From NCBI RefSeq assembly GCF_006345805.1, contig NC_043006.1:61070001-61134000 (forward strand): a DNA stretch of 64,000 bases, given 5' to 3'. The notes beneath the pieces are model-generated. The model worked only from the letters and a program-made list of their open reading frames with translations, did no database searches and was not told where the DNA came from. The translations under genes and the position numbers were made by a program. Shown piece after piece: positions 1-12,907 of this stretch; position 1 is the stretch's first letter; every line of letters begins with the position of its first letter. The DNA is from Octopus sinensis. Lineage: Eukaryota.

Positions 1-77
1 TGATTCAAAAGTGTATGCTTTACTACAATTAAATACGCATCATGCCTCAGAAAATAGAACATGTTTAATGTAGTTAC

Positions 78-358
78 ACATATGCGCATATATATATATA
101 TATTATATTATATATATATATATATATATACATATATATATAATATATATATTCATGCATATACATATGGGTGTGTGTGTATATTATATATGTATGTATA
201 TATATATTTATGTATAGGTGTGTATATACATACACACACACCAATATACATATATATATATACATGCATATACATATATACATATGCATACATACAAGCA
301 CATATTATGTATATATATATATATTATATATATATATATCTACCCACAAATATACATA

Positions 359-404
<46 letters not shown>

Positions 405-420
405 CATACTTAATATACTT
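78..420. repeat. Compound (TA)n/(CA)n/(TG)n microsatellite
   Basis: Directly visible dinucleotide runs. Similar tracts recur throughout (about 1210-1700, 6840-7050, 13630-13875, 23690-24150, 34720-35110, 46460-46780, 47285-47760) and generate the YI/HT/CV-rich pseudo-ORFs. Confidence 0.97.
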
Positions 421-831
421 ACACTGAGATGTACACACCCGCGTGCGCACACACGTACATGGATAGTTATAGAGATTGAGAGACATAGGGATAGATAGAG
501 ACTGTACGTGTTTAAGAGAGTGTGAATACTGGGATTTGGCTCACACAATATAAACAGAAAAGAAAAAACACCGGTTCAACCAAGTAATTTACTATGAACG
601 GCACCAGCCATTCATTCAAGCAGACACCCAGTAAATTTTCATGAATGCGTTTCATGAAACAATTTCTTATATGAATAAAGAGAAATGAAACATTAAATCA
701 TTGTAATATTCTTGAAAGACAGATCCATCGTATATTTTAATCCCGCTTAGAAGTAGTAGAATGTTAACATGCCAACATAAGAAAATATATTTTAGCTATT
801 TAAATGACTGTGTGTACGTGCATGTGAATGC

Positions 832-868
<37 letters not shown>

Positions 869-878
869 CATGCATACA

Positions 879-1091
879 TAAGTGATACCTCCGCGCTGGA
901 AATAGCAGCCATGTCTTGAATCTAAAAAAAGATTGAATGTTCATACAGCACCAGGAGAGAAGACAAGAAGACAAAATAAACTATCAAACAATATTTTGTC
1001 TTTTTGTCCTCTCTCCTGGGGCTCTAGGAATATTTAATGTGGTTTTAGAATCAAATTTTGGCTGCTATTTCCAGCGTGGAGCTATCTCTTA
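879..1091. repeat. ~213-bp fold-back (MITE-like inverted repeat)
   Basis: Arm 879-978 (taagtgatacctccgcgctggaaatagcagcc...agacaaaata) is the reverse complement of 992-1091 at roughly 80% identity by eye. The loop is 13 nt and both ends are TA. Confidence 0.85.
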
Positions 1092-1227
1092 GATACCGTA
1101 AATTATAATTTTAATAATAATTATTACCTTTGAAGGTTTTTATTCCCATGCTGGTCACTTGATAAGTTCGATATTTAAATGACGATCTTGTCCATATTTA
1201 TAAGAATATATATATACATACATATAG

Positions 1228-1276
<49 letters not shown>

Positions 1277-1744
1277 TACATGTATATATGTGTGTTAGTA
1301 TCCGTATGCATGTGTGCATGTGTGTGTATTTGTGTGTGTGTGTGTGTGTGTATGTGTGTGTGTGTGTGTGTGTGCATATGTATTACTCGACAGTTACATG
1401 TATAAATGTTTTGACAACTCCACTCGTTTATTATTGCAATATTTATTTTAACGCCAGTCCATTTTCCGGAAATCTTTCGTCACACATCTGTGACATATCC
1501 ATATGTATGTACGTGTGTGTATGCATGTAGGTGTGTGTGCATATATATGTATGCATGTGTACACATTTGTATATATGTACTCTGCATGTATGTGTGTATA
1601 CATGCGTGCTCGTTTGTATATATATATATATATGTTTCTGCATATACATGTGCTTGTTTGTTCGTGTTTGTGTGTATGTGTTTGTGTGTTTGGGCGTGCT
1701 TATGTTTATCAAGTACACTCAATACAATGGAGGAGGCAGGTTGC

Positions 1745-2700
1745 TCTTGGAAGCTGTATAATAACTGCGAGACTTAAGGTGTCATATATGAGGAAACGGT
1801 GATACCTAGACCTTATATCCCTAATGACAGTAATGTAACATCAAACAGCAATGTTATTAGCAAATTAACCAGGTCAATATAGTTGCTACGTCCTGAGCTA
1901 CCAACCAAATCGGGGTCAGCATCACATAGGGTTCCACCTAAGATCCCGGTGCCACCTCCACGGATAATGAACAAGCCATAAATGCAAATAGTACAAACGC
2001 TGCATCTCGAAATAATGACCAATCCAGTACCAACGACATGGAGGGTGTGTGAGCCGTTTCCAGTTCTGCCAACTCAGATGAGGACCAAACATTCCTTTTT
2101 GCCACCGATGGGATGACCAACCCCGCGCCATATGTTACCAGGACTGCGAATAGGGACACATCCCATGTTTATAAATATATTGGTTCGGTGAGTATTTCGT
2201 TTAAGAAACCACCATTCCTCTTTCAGAGTCCCAGAAAGAAGGTTTGTCACATCCCTGGCCCGTCACACGTGACACCTCAAAGATCAAGAGACTCAATGTG
2301 ATATCAGTTGGAAATTAGTCGATTTTCGGGGCCCGTATATTAATCGAAGTGGCTGTTGCAAGATCTGCATTGTGGAGGGTACCAAAATTCGTCAGAACTT
2401 TAAGAGGTGTGGTGTATTAAACAGCCGTAAGTGTATCCACTTCAAGCGCTACTCACTAGAAAATTGGATCACTCCGTTCACTCGTTAGGCCACTCAGAGT
2501 CTATAAATTTTTCTCCTCTGATTAAAGGGAAACAACCCGTACTCATTAACGTTTTTTTCGTATTCCTGGAGCTCTGAGCGCTTCCTCATGTCTGCGACGT
2601 AGGTATTTTTGAATTTTGTATTCATATAGAGTCTGGTGAGCTGTCCACAAATCCTTGGCCTTGTGAGCGCGAAACCTGGGGTAACGCTATATAAAATTTT
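1745..2700 (+). mobile_element. Penelope-like retroelement 3' relic (GIY-YIG endonuclease + 3' terminal region)
   Basis: Frameshifted translation KLYN..LKVSY, then VYKYIGSVSISFKK/HHSSFRVPERRFVTSLARHT*HLKDQETQCDISWKLV...CCKICIVEGTKI...LNSRKCIHFKRY. This matches the C-terminal GIY-YIG domain of PLEs and is followed by a hammerhead motif. Confidence 0.8.
2624..2692 (+). ncRNA. Type I hammerhead ribozyme motif (core variant CUGGUGA)
   Basis: Stem I ATATAGAGT (2624-2632) pairs with ACGCTATAT (2684-2692). Core CTGGTGA at 2633, stem II containing CACAA/TTGTG, GAAA at 2671, stem III CC-TGG-GG, cleavage triplet GTA at 2681-2683. Confidence 0.75.
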
Positions 2701-2738
2701 GTTGTAATATATAATATATATATATATCAATATATATA

Positions 2739-2771
<33 letters not shown>

Positions 2772-2807
2772 ACACAGGGTAATTTTATATATAATTACCC
2801 TGTGTTA

Positions 2808-2914
2808 TTGTCTTCTCCCGTAGCCTCGGGCCGAGCAGAGCCTTGTGAGTGGATTTGGTAGGCGAAGACGGAGAGAAAACAGCCGTATATGCATGTATAT
2901 CTATAGGAGGGGAG

Positions 2915-2955
<41 letters not shown>

Positions 2956-3228
2956 TCTATCTATCTATCTATCTTTCTTTGTATGTGTGTGCGTGAATGT
3001 ATGTGTGTGTGTTTTTGTGTCTGTATTTGTCCGCCATCTCCGCTAGTCAGCCGGTGCTGGTGAGTTTATAGCCCACTAAAGTAGCGGTTCAGCGAAACAT
3101 ATCGATAGAAGTACCGGACTTCAAAAACATAAATACAGGCGTCGACTCATTCGACTAAGACTTCTCCAAGACGGTGCTCCAGCATCGCCGCAGTATATTG
3201 AGTGAAACAAGTAAAAGATAAAAGATAC
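2808..3228 (+). mobile_element. SINE (5'-truncated) with internal microsatellite
   Basis: Body gcctcgggccga..gccttgtgagtggatttggtag is shared with copies at 7150, 36370 and 44490. It ends in ggtgctccagcat..gaaacaagtaaaagataaaagata. Confidence 0.8.
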
Positions 3229-3575
3229 AGTATGATATATACTTAATATAAGCTTTATCTCATTAATATGCTCACAAATTTATTTCAGTATATAATTGAT
3301 AAGCACGCAATGTAATGAGTGTATTCGCGAGAGTATAATAATTTTAAGAGAATTCCTCGGTTATGTTAGAAAGTGCAGCTAAACTCGGCCACATTGATCG
3401 AAGAAAAGGTATATCTTTGTAAAAATGAAAAAATATAACAGTAGATCAGTAAGACCCTTTAAGAAATGGAGGGGTTGGCCATAACGGAAAGTAACTTGAG
3501 AGAGATAAAACCAAGCGTTAAATGAGGAAAATATTGGGAGTCATAAAAAAAATCACTAAAAATAAAAATAATAAC

Positions 3576-3576
<1 letters not shown>

Positions 3577-3636
<60 letters not shown>
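3577..3636. repeat. (TAA)n microsatellite
   Basis: Direct observation. Confidence 0.97.
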
Positions 3637-3637
<1 letters not shown>

Positions 3638-4087
3638 TGCTTAAAATGACTTATTTCTTTCGTAGATGGTTGATAAAATAAAGTTAGCTTAGACATCTAA
3701 AAAATCATACTTTTAATTGTATTTTTTGTTCTTATCTGTACTGTCACAGTCACCTAAATATGTTCCGTTATCCGTTTTCCTTTACCATAATTATTAATAT
3801 ATAGGTCACCATGTCCCGGGTATTTTGTGTGTCATTTTTATTGTTGTGATTGCAATTATTATGTGAGATTTTGTCTTTTTGTTTGTGTTTCCTATTTGTA
3901 AGTAATTTGGCAGTCCTCCTCGGACCTCACCCGGTGCAATGACCATTCAGATGTGCTGATAAAAAAAATAATTAGAATAAATAACTATGTAGAGTAATCT
4001 TAAATAATGTAATATTTACATAAAAATAGCAACTTACGCTGGTGTGGGGTGCATGCATATGAATATACAAGAACTATAGAAAATTAA

Positions 4088-5290
4088 TAACTCCCCACAT
4101 ACATCCAATACTCTACCCAAAAAATACAGAGGTTTATAATATTATCCACCAGAACATCTCATTATTAAGACAAGACCCTAGAATGAAACAAGCATTTGAA
4201 ATATACAAAATAATCGAAATAAAAGACAATCAAAGTCTCTTAAGTTTTCCTCACAAATATTAAATTACCTTCCACAATTCCCACACCAACAGACAAAAAT
4301 TGTGGCCGCCCTAATTGTGAGGTTTGCGTCAACCTTAATGATGATACAATGTACAAATTCAAATCAGGACAGAGTTTCACCGTAAAAAATCACTTGACAT
4401 GTTCGATGAGGAATTTAATATACACTATCAAATGTCAAGGATGTAATGAGGGTTACATAGGTCAAACAAAGCCTTTTCTAAGAAATAGACTGACCAATTA
4501 GCGACAATAAATACGAGACCCCTATACTAGATTGATTCCACTCAGTGAACACAGACATATGTGCCAAACATAAGTGCCTCAAGTTCCAGGTTTTCCCACT
4601 CTACCTCTGCTCGGTGAAAACCACAGATGAAGCACGGATAATATAAGAAAATACTTTCATAAAAAAGTACAAACTTTAATAGAGTGCATACACAAATAAC
4701 TATTCGCACACAAAAACCATTCTGTCTTAACATGAAGAACTTATACAGCTAACAACCTAAACTTTAGCCACAAAACTATATGTAAACGACTCCTGTCTAT
4801 TCTCCCACCAAACATGAAATTTGGAGTACCTTGATTGTAACTAAACATGTTCACTCAACTGTATCGTACTTCATTTTAGGCGCAAAGTATAGTCATGTCA
4901 CACTAACGCATGGATGTTGCAGGAAACGCTCAGAAGGTTCTAATCACGTGTTCATTCTCTACAAACACTTTACAGAAAACTTTCACAGCATTGATTGTTT
5001 GGTACTGCCACCAGAAATGTTCAGTCAACTGTGTCAGCCTTGACTTACGACGCTAAACATTGATACTAACACACGGACGTAGCGGGGAACCTACAAACAT
5101 TTCTAAGACCAGTCATGTGACTATCATCTACCAATGAAATCTTATTCAAAACATATACTAATTTAAGCCATATAATACCTACAGATATAGAGCAAGCGTC
5201 AAGCACTAATCAAAAGCCAGAAAATCAGGGCAAATTGTTAAACCGGTTAAATCTTTAAATATAATAATAAAAAGTTTTAAATATTCTCAG
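4088..5290 (+). mobile_element. Penelope-like retroelement relic (Cys-rich linker + GIY-YIG), Neptune-like
   Basis: Translation KNCGRPNCEVCVNL...YKFKSGQSFTVKNHLTCSMRNLIYTIKCQGCNEGYIGQTKPFLRNRLTN*RQ*IRDPYTRLIPLSEH (about 4295-4550), with stops and frameshifts. The sequence after ~4680 is probably the 3' non-coding part and its boundary is uncertain. Confidence 0.85.
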
Positions 5291-5418
5291 TGCATTTTTA
5301 ACTTGTTTTCCTTATATTTCTACCATGTGGAATAAAATAACTTTGTTTTCTATCTCTCTCTCCTTCTCTCTCTCCTTCTCCCTCTCTCTCTCTCTCTCTC
5401 TCTCTCCATATATATATA

Positions 5419-6021
5419 ATGGAAGAATTTGTGACGCGTATCCTGGATGATGGTGATGCTGTTGACATCATTCTATTGGACTTTGCCAAAGTTTTTGACT
5501 TGATTAACCACCGCCTATTACTTGTTAAGCTTCTAGCATATCGTTTCCATCCGGATATTGTACGATGGGTTGGTGCCTACTTCTCAGATCGCTCCTTCCA
5601 AGTCCAAGTTAATGGTTCGCTGTCCGACGTCTCCAGTACGAGCAGTGGCGTGCCTCAAGGTTCAGTGCTTTGGCCGTTATTGTTTTTAGTCTTCATCGAT
5701 GACTTGCCCGACGACCTTACGCAACACACCCTTCTATTTGCCGACGATGTCAAACTGGTCGCTCCTCGCGGTGATATAGATGATCTTCGTCGATGCCTCC
5801 ACCAAGTTTGGAGATGGTCAAACGAATGGAACCTGTGTCTGAACGTGTCAAAGTGTTGTCATCTGCCTGTTGGCTCCTCTCCTGCAACTCAACTTGATAT
5901 CGAGCCGAGTCGTCTGCTGCTGGAGAAGACCGACAAAGTAAAGGACCTGGGCATCTTGGTGGATTATTCCTTTTCGCCGTCGGCCCAATGCGTCCATGCT
6001 GCCAAAAAAGCACGCGGGTAG
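5419..6021 (+). mobile_element. Non-LTR retrotransposon reverse transcriptase fragment (CR1-clade-like)
   Basis: 200-aa ORF with DIILLDFAKVFD, SGVPQGSVLWPLLFLVFIDDL, LLFADDVKL, LNVSKC and VKDLGILVD. It is truncated at both ends, by a microsatellite upstream and a SINE downstream. Confidence 0.93.
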
Positions 6022-6034
6022 TAAAGAAATAGGT

Positions 6035-6175
6035 ACTTCGTCTGTGTTTACGTTCAAATTCCGCTGAAGTAGAGTTTGCTTCTCATTCTTTCAGGGTTGA
6101 TAAATTAAGTACCAGTCTAATCGACTGGCCCCTCCCCCCAAATTTCGGGCTTTGTACCAAGAGTAGAAGAGAAAA
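6035..6175 (+). mobile_element. SINE fragment (Meta-domain-like)
   Basis: gttcaaattccgctgaagtagagtttgcttctcattctttcagggttgataaattaagtaccag is homologous to the minus-strand copy at 27600-27812. Confidence 0.7.
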
Positions 6176-6384
6176 GAATATTTGTTTAATCTTGCATATA
6201 TGTGTGAATGAATGATACAGAAAAGAAATTTAGCAATTTTGTTTTTATAGTTTTATAAACTATACATATAGCACTAAATATAAACTAAAACGAAAAGAAA
6301 AAAAAAATATATATCAATTCAAGCCAGTACAAATACAAAGAAAATTGACTCATCAAAACATCTGAAATAAGTACAGAAAAAAAA

Positions 6385-6614
6385 TAATTTCGCAGAAGGC
6401 CTATGGGGTTCAGTTAGACCCCGGTGACCATAATTTATGCTATAACATCCATATGACTGGACATTTTTAGCTCAAAATTTGTATGTGCATACATGAACTA
6501 TTGACAATAAAAGGCGTGATACATAAAATCCTTTAAATAAAAAAATAAAAAAGTTTCATAACTTTTAAATTTTGCTGGGGTCCCAAGGGATCTCGCCGTT
6601 CTACGAAGGGTTAA
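6385..6614. mobile_element. piggyBac-like MITE relic
   Basis: The right end is ...ttctacgaaGGG-TTAA. The left end ttcgcagaaggc resembles the reverse complement of the right subterminal sequence, but the left CCC/TTAA is lost. Confidence 0.5.
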
Positions 6615-6870
6615 ATATACATTATTGTTGATCTTGAATAATTAACTTGAAGAGGAGAAATAATCCAATAATCTGAAATTCCACTGAAGTGCTATCTAGT
6701 CATAAACACACGGTAGTAATCGGTCATGAAACAAACACTCTCGGTTATTGGTTGCGCGGCACGTTTTAAATATTTGATGATAAAAGAATGAATCTCTCCT
6801 AGCTATCTCCCTCTCCCTCACACATTCTCTCCTTCTCTATCTATATGCATATACACACACGTACACACAA

Positions 6871-6907
<37 letters not shown>

Positions 6908-7056
6908 ATATATATAAGTATGTATATATATATATAAGTATGTATATATACATATATATACATATATATATATACATATATATATATACATACATACATA
7001 CATATATACAAACATATATGCACATAAATACACACACATACACACACACTCATATG

Positions 7057-7225
7057 TAGGTGCAGGTGTAACTGTGTGATAAGAATCTGGCTTCTCAACT
7101 GCAGCCTTCCTTATTCACACCCACTGCGTGACACTTTGAGCAAATGTCTGCTACTGTGGCCTCGGGTCGACCTAAAGTTTATGGGTGGATTTGATAGACA
7201 AAAACTGAAAGAAGTCTGCCGTATT
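7057..7225 (+). mobile_element. tRNA-derived SINE 5' part
   Basis: aggtgcaggtgtaactgtgtgataag...cccactgcgtgacactttgagcaaatgtct...gcctcgggtcgacc...ggatttgatagac, the same family as 13876 and 44240. Confidence 0.7.
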
Positions 7226-10200
7226 ATATACGGCGGGTTTCTTTCCGTCGACCAAAATGCATGCCGCCTTCGACAACTCAGTACATCTAGCGGGACATCT
7301 CCTTCTTCATGCCTGTACTCGATGTAACACAAACTGTACAGATTGATGCAACGGAATTAGACATGAGTTGACTTATACCATTAGACCGAATTTTGCACAC
7401 ACACACACACACACACAGCCAAAATCTTTCTTTCCAGTATGTCTTTGCTGCAAATTGATTTGCTTCTTATACAGCTATCACTCTGCTTTTTTCTAGAATT
7501 CTGTTCACGTTCTTCCAATATATATTAATTTTCTTGAACATTAACTCCGTGATTTGTTTTTTTAATAGCAACCGAAGGGACCAAAAATAGTAAGTATATT
7601 AAGTTATATTTATGCGTTATGTTCTCAATTTGTTTGTACATATTGTGAATAAAATTTAGAAGATTAAATCTAGTCTTTTTATTAATAATACGTTTCAATT
7701 AAAGAAAAAAACAAGCCGCTTCTGAATTTGTGATTAAATTAAAATATCTAAAATTTACATGTTTTATGTTTTCGTATATTTACTTATTTAACTGTCAATC
7801 ACTGTAGCATGATTGGATTTCTATATCTAAATATTCGGGTTTTTTGTCACAATGTTTTCGTCATTTGTTCAATCTAATTCTTCGTATGGCACATTGACGG
7901 ATCGTGTTCTCATAGACGTGAATTCATGAAAATCTATTCACAAAGCTTCAATAACATCATCGTTATATACTGTTTACTGTACTAATGTTGCACTGCGAAA
8001 CTACAATTTCGATGGACAGTTCAGTTAAATGTACTGCCAAATGATTAGCAGATACAATGTAGAACATACAGTAAAAACGTACTATAAATATAGAGACAGA
8101 TAATTTATTAATTGTATAGTTAGTATTATTGTAGATAAAATCTTATGTAGTCATTGTAACCATATGCTGTTTCACCTAGAACGTCATACTCATTGACAAT
8201 AGAAGCATCAATATCGACATTAGGTGCATTTGTATTCACAATATAACCAGCATGAACTGTATACTGTATCTCCTTTTTAACAAATGAAATAAATCAAACC
8301 GTTAGTAAGAATACTTTCGATACTAACATCGATATCACCTATAGCCAGACAATAATCTCCAATGTCCATTATATCTAACACAACCTACTATATAACTGGC
8401 ATTGGCGAAAACATCTACAGCAGCAATCTCTTCACCTTATATTAATCTCATCTCAGATCAATAGTATTAACAATTCCACCATAAATTCCAACTGCCGTTT
8501 TTCTGCTTCCGTAATAACACTGACGTTCTTATTATTAGTATGTTATTTAATAATATCATTATCATTATCTTGAGACATTGCAATATGTTGATTAAAATAT
8601 ATGATTTATTCTTGTATACGAACAGAAATATGGGAGAAGTGGTGTGAAGTGTTGCAAACAAAATAACTGAAAAGAAGTTGTTGGGAAAATATTTTTCTTT
8701 TTATTAACGACAATGCCACAATTAACCGCGCGTATATATATTTTATGTGTAAGTAGCTAACGTCAGCTTACAGTAAAATGTCACTTCAATGAAATGCCTA
8801 TTGAATTATTGAAGTGTCATATTAGAACACTTGTTATATGAGTGATGCTGTTGTTAGATCACTTCAATATAATTAGAGACTGTGTATCTTCGAGTTATAT
8901 TTCATATCTGTTATATATAAATTAAAAAATACCTTGGAAGAATCAGGAAGTTTGTGTTTTCCAATATCACATAATCTCATATATCAGCATAACTTGCACA
9001 AATAATAATTTATTCATTTTATAACTTAATAGAAAGAATCTTTGCTTTGTTTTCTTATAGATATTTATGAAATGGATTGATATTTCTACGGCCATGAAAG
9101 AAAAAGGTTTACGCTCGTATGATAATGTAATATAAATACGATGAACAAAATCGTACGATTGCTGCTAATATTTTAGAAAACATTCTCGTAGAATCCTATT
9201 TTAATTTTTGCAAAACTGATGATCTCCAGCGTACATATGTATTTTCAAATATATAAGCATCATATACTGTTGGATATAGCAACTACATAAGAATATGTAC
9301 TACTTAAAATAGATTATACAGTAGCCAGACATACCATTATTTGAGAGCTCATATTGTGTGTGTGCAGAACATTTGTCATTGAAAGAGAGTGTTAGTAATG
9401 TTCAACAATATGAGTAATTCCATACAAGTATAAATATTATTAATATCATATGCATAATATATACATGTGTTTTTAAACGCTTGATGCTGCAGTATTTCAA
9501 ATTAACTTTTTCTGAAAATATTCTTAATTTATATTTATTCGTATTCAGTATTAAAAAAATGTTTAAAACATTTTATTTTATACTTCTTTCGCATAAAAAG
9601 GAATATTAATATATCATAAGTGAAATATGATTAGTAAAATGCTAATTGTTCTATTTTTTAAAATTGCATTAACTTTCCTTCCATAATTGCGAAGCATCTT
9701 TTGTAGTCCCCTACAATATGAACAAACGTTCTGTCAACTGCCTGCAGAAAGATACACCTAATTAGGATATAAGAATGATAGTTAAAAGTAAATTAGTGAT
9801 ATATGTCTTATAGTAAAAAGTACATTTTATATTACATAATAAAGACTGTTGTGACGCTGGAAGAAAGCTGGAAGTGGTAATTACTTTCCTGGTACCTGTA
9901 AAGAACGTGTATTTATTGGCATCCTGGAGACCAATACAAATTACCAGTGCTGTCGTCTTTGTGTCGTGAACGGAGGAGAATAAATAGTATAGCACTTCTG
10001 TTATAAGTAAGTAACATTTAAAAAAGTTATCTTTAACTTTTCAGTCTTTCGCTTTCTCTCTCTCACTCTCTCTTCTCCAGATACATAATCTAAGACGTGT
10101 TCAATTACGTGCCGTGTTGTAAGAAATAAAATAAAATAAAATATATTTCTTGATAACCTCGATTTTCTTCTTTTACACGTGTCACATGTGCTCATATGTT

Positions 10201-10574
10201 CCGTATAATGTTCTTTGCCTTGGAACGATCGCTGATACAGAAGCTAACCTGATGCTTCTATAAGCTAAAAATCTAGTTGGAAAGAGACATTGTATCTTTC
10301 TTTTTGCCCTTCAATGCATGTTTCTCTTGATTTGAATGTATTTTCCTCAAGCCTTGTTTATTTCTCTTATTACAGTATGTAGATCAAGTTTGATAGTACG
10401 CAATGTCTTTGGTAGGAGATGCGTGTTGAAGCACATTTGTAGCTGCGTTGGAGTGTATGACCCTATTATATTGAAGTATTAGGGTATAAAAGTGGTCAGC
10501 TGTGATTTAACTTTTGTACAGTTTTCTCGAACAAATGCTGGTTTTCGCAGTTGCTAGATTATACAGCAAGTATA

Positions 10575-10800
10575 TAGTGTGTATGATGAACCTATATGTA
10601 AACGGTAAAATGTAGTCTATAGTATAAAATTACTAAGGAACGATGGAGAAACGATAACATACGTGGGAGCCACAACACGTAGCATATATTATCGGACAGG
10701 TGAACACTGGTGGGAACTCCAGGAGGAAGCAAAGCTTGTTAGTGCTCTATCAACATTCTCAATTATAACAAGGGGTTGGTTAATCGGATAGATTTTATGT
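10575..10800 (+). mobile_element. Highly decayed GIY-YIG (Penelope-like) fragment
   Basis: Translation CKR*NVVYSIKLLRNDGETITYVGATTRSIYYRTGEH fits the VVY-x-YVG-x-T-x-R-x-EH signature. Confidence 0.6.
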
Positions 10801-12907
10801 TAGTATCAACACATAGAACAGATTCGGGACTCAGGCAGAATACGGAGGCCACCCACATATTAATAGGCGGTCTAGCCTCAAAACAAAACGAGAATGGAAT
10901 AATAACACATCCACCACACTATGCAAACCGGTGACTAATGATAGAATTAGAGAAAAAGATACAGTTACAAATAGTATAATACATATAAATATATACACAC
11001 ATAAGACACACATGCATATACTAAAGAAGACTGAGGAAGAATAAAACAAAAGAATCAATCAATAAATATATCACAAATAAAATAAATGAATAAAAAACAT
11101 GGGTACAAACAGTGTAGTAAGCAATCCTGTATACACACACATACAAAACACACATACTAATCATACACACGCACACACACATGATAAGGGATCATATCAC
11201 AGACAAAATGGAATAAGCAAAAGAAGAGGGGACACGTTAGAATAAGATACGTTGTATAAGTCATAGGATGTCAGACCAGGTAGATTTGCCAGTATAGACG
11301 CCGACGGCCCAATCATGAATTAGGTTGTGCTGGATTACATGTTCACAATAGCATTGAAAGCGATCTGGCATATTATTACAATTACTGTTATATACACCAG
11401 TTTCGTCTCTACAAACAAAGTTATAACTACCACTAAAATCAATAGTGCTCTCTTTATCATTCTAATTACTATATATATTACTATAATGTTATTATGATCA
11501 TCCTCACTACCATTATCATTAACAAAATACCACAGAAGGTAATGGGATGAATCTCAGATTTCGGCATTTAAAAATTCCCCATACAAAGACTTTCCTCGCG
11601 AAGACTCGAGAATTACTACCATTTGAAAACTGGGGCGATGTATTCAACTTCACCCCTCCCTCGAAATTACTGATTTTGTGCCACAATTTCAAACCGATAT
11701 TATGGCACGAATATGAAGGAGATTGATCTTATAGCTGCCGCTTTATTTTATTTTCATATTTCTTCATTGTCTCAATGCGGCACCACAGGAAGAACGCTAA
11801 GTCAATATAGGTTTGTTAGTTGCTTTTTAGGTAGACGTAAATGATATTAAGTATAATATATTAAATGTTCGAATCATGAATACTTCGTTTAAGAATGATG
11901 CAGCTGTATTATTTTAAGAGATTTTATGATTTATCTTACGGTGCTTCTGATCTGTGAAAGAAAAGCTATTCCCTATTTATGTAACAAATGCGCGAGTGGC
12001 ATTTAAAGATCCTAATAACCACATCTATTAGAAAATGTTCCTTCTCTGTTTCTCTGTATACACACATACACACATATATGTCTGTATATGTATGCATGTG
12101 TGTGTATGTGTGTATATATGTGGCTGAGGCATGTAATGACATCTCTATGCTTCGGTTTTCTCAAATTTTCATCAGCATAAAGCAATAATCGAAGTCACTT
12201 GCGTAAGTGATGTATGCTTGGTTGAATCTCAAAACTACAGTTATAAATGAACATCTTCATCACACATTCATGCTTTCACCCATAGTTATGCTATATAAAA
12301 TGCAAATGAGACATGCATACCACTGCATATAATTTATTGAATGAAATCATCTACAATACAAAAATACAATAGGTATGAAAGTTCAATTACCGAGGAAAAA
12401 AAATCATTCCTGATATGGATTGTGATGATTCATGCAAACTGGTGCAAATTGATTATTAAGAATGACGAAAGAATGAAGCAAAATAGTAGAGATACTGCAT
12501 GGTTCGTTATCATGAAAAATACATTGTAATAGCGTTTCATCCAAAGCATTAGAAATCTTAAATTCCTTGTCAGTGATAACAATGCCTTCTAATATCCTGT
12601 CTTATTGGAATCCGATATCAATAGAATACATGATGCATGATGGCACATCGAATTGCATAACAATCAAAAAATTGCAGGGGAAATAGCATTTCACATATCA
12701 GCTTCTTCTTTGCTCTGAAATTTTACGTCAGTTATATTTACCTTAGCGGAAACAGTACTCAATCCATGTATTAGCGTTAAATTTGTTTATCTATTGGTCT
12801 TTGTTTCATTTGCCCTTATAAGAACAAACAGGCCCGCACCCACCCAAGCATACATACGTACATACATATTTGTGTAAATATATATATATATATATATATA
12901 TATTATA

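Noticed and set aside
4037-4072. Possible 36-bp minus-strand micro-exon (ttctatag...gtaagt)
   Set aside because: Too short to distinguish from chance, and it abuts a transposon relic.
5200-5260. Possible decayed hammerhead (..ttaaaccggtta) at the end of the second PLE
   Set aside because: Neither CUGANGA nor GAAA is intact.
7860-8660. Minus-strand peptide fragments such as NTNAPNVDIDASIV, reminiscent of a cadherin linker
   Set aside because: Frequent stops and no DRE, DxD or DxNDN motifs. It looks like decayed GAT/GTT-rich low-complexity sequence.
9660-9985. Good minus-strand acceptor (tatctttctgcag) and short Cys-containing frames
   Set aside because: The frame continuing from the 19489 donor hits a stop after 10 codons, there is no matching donor, and no homology is recognisable.
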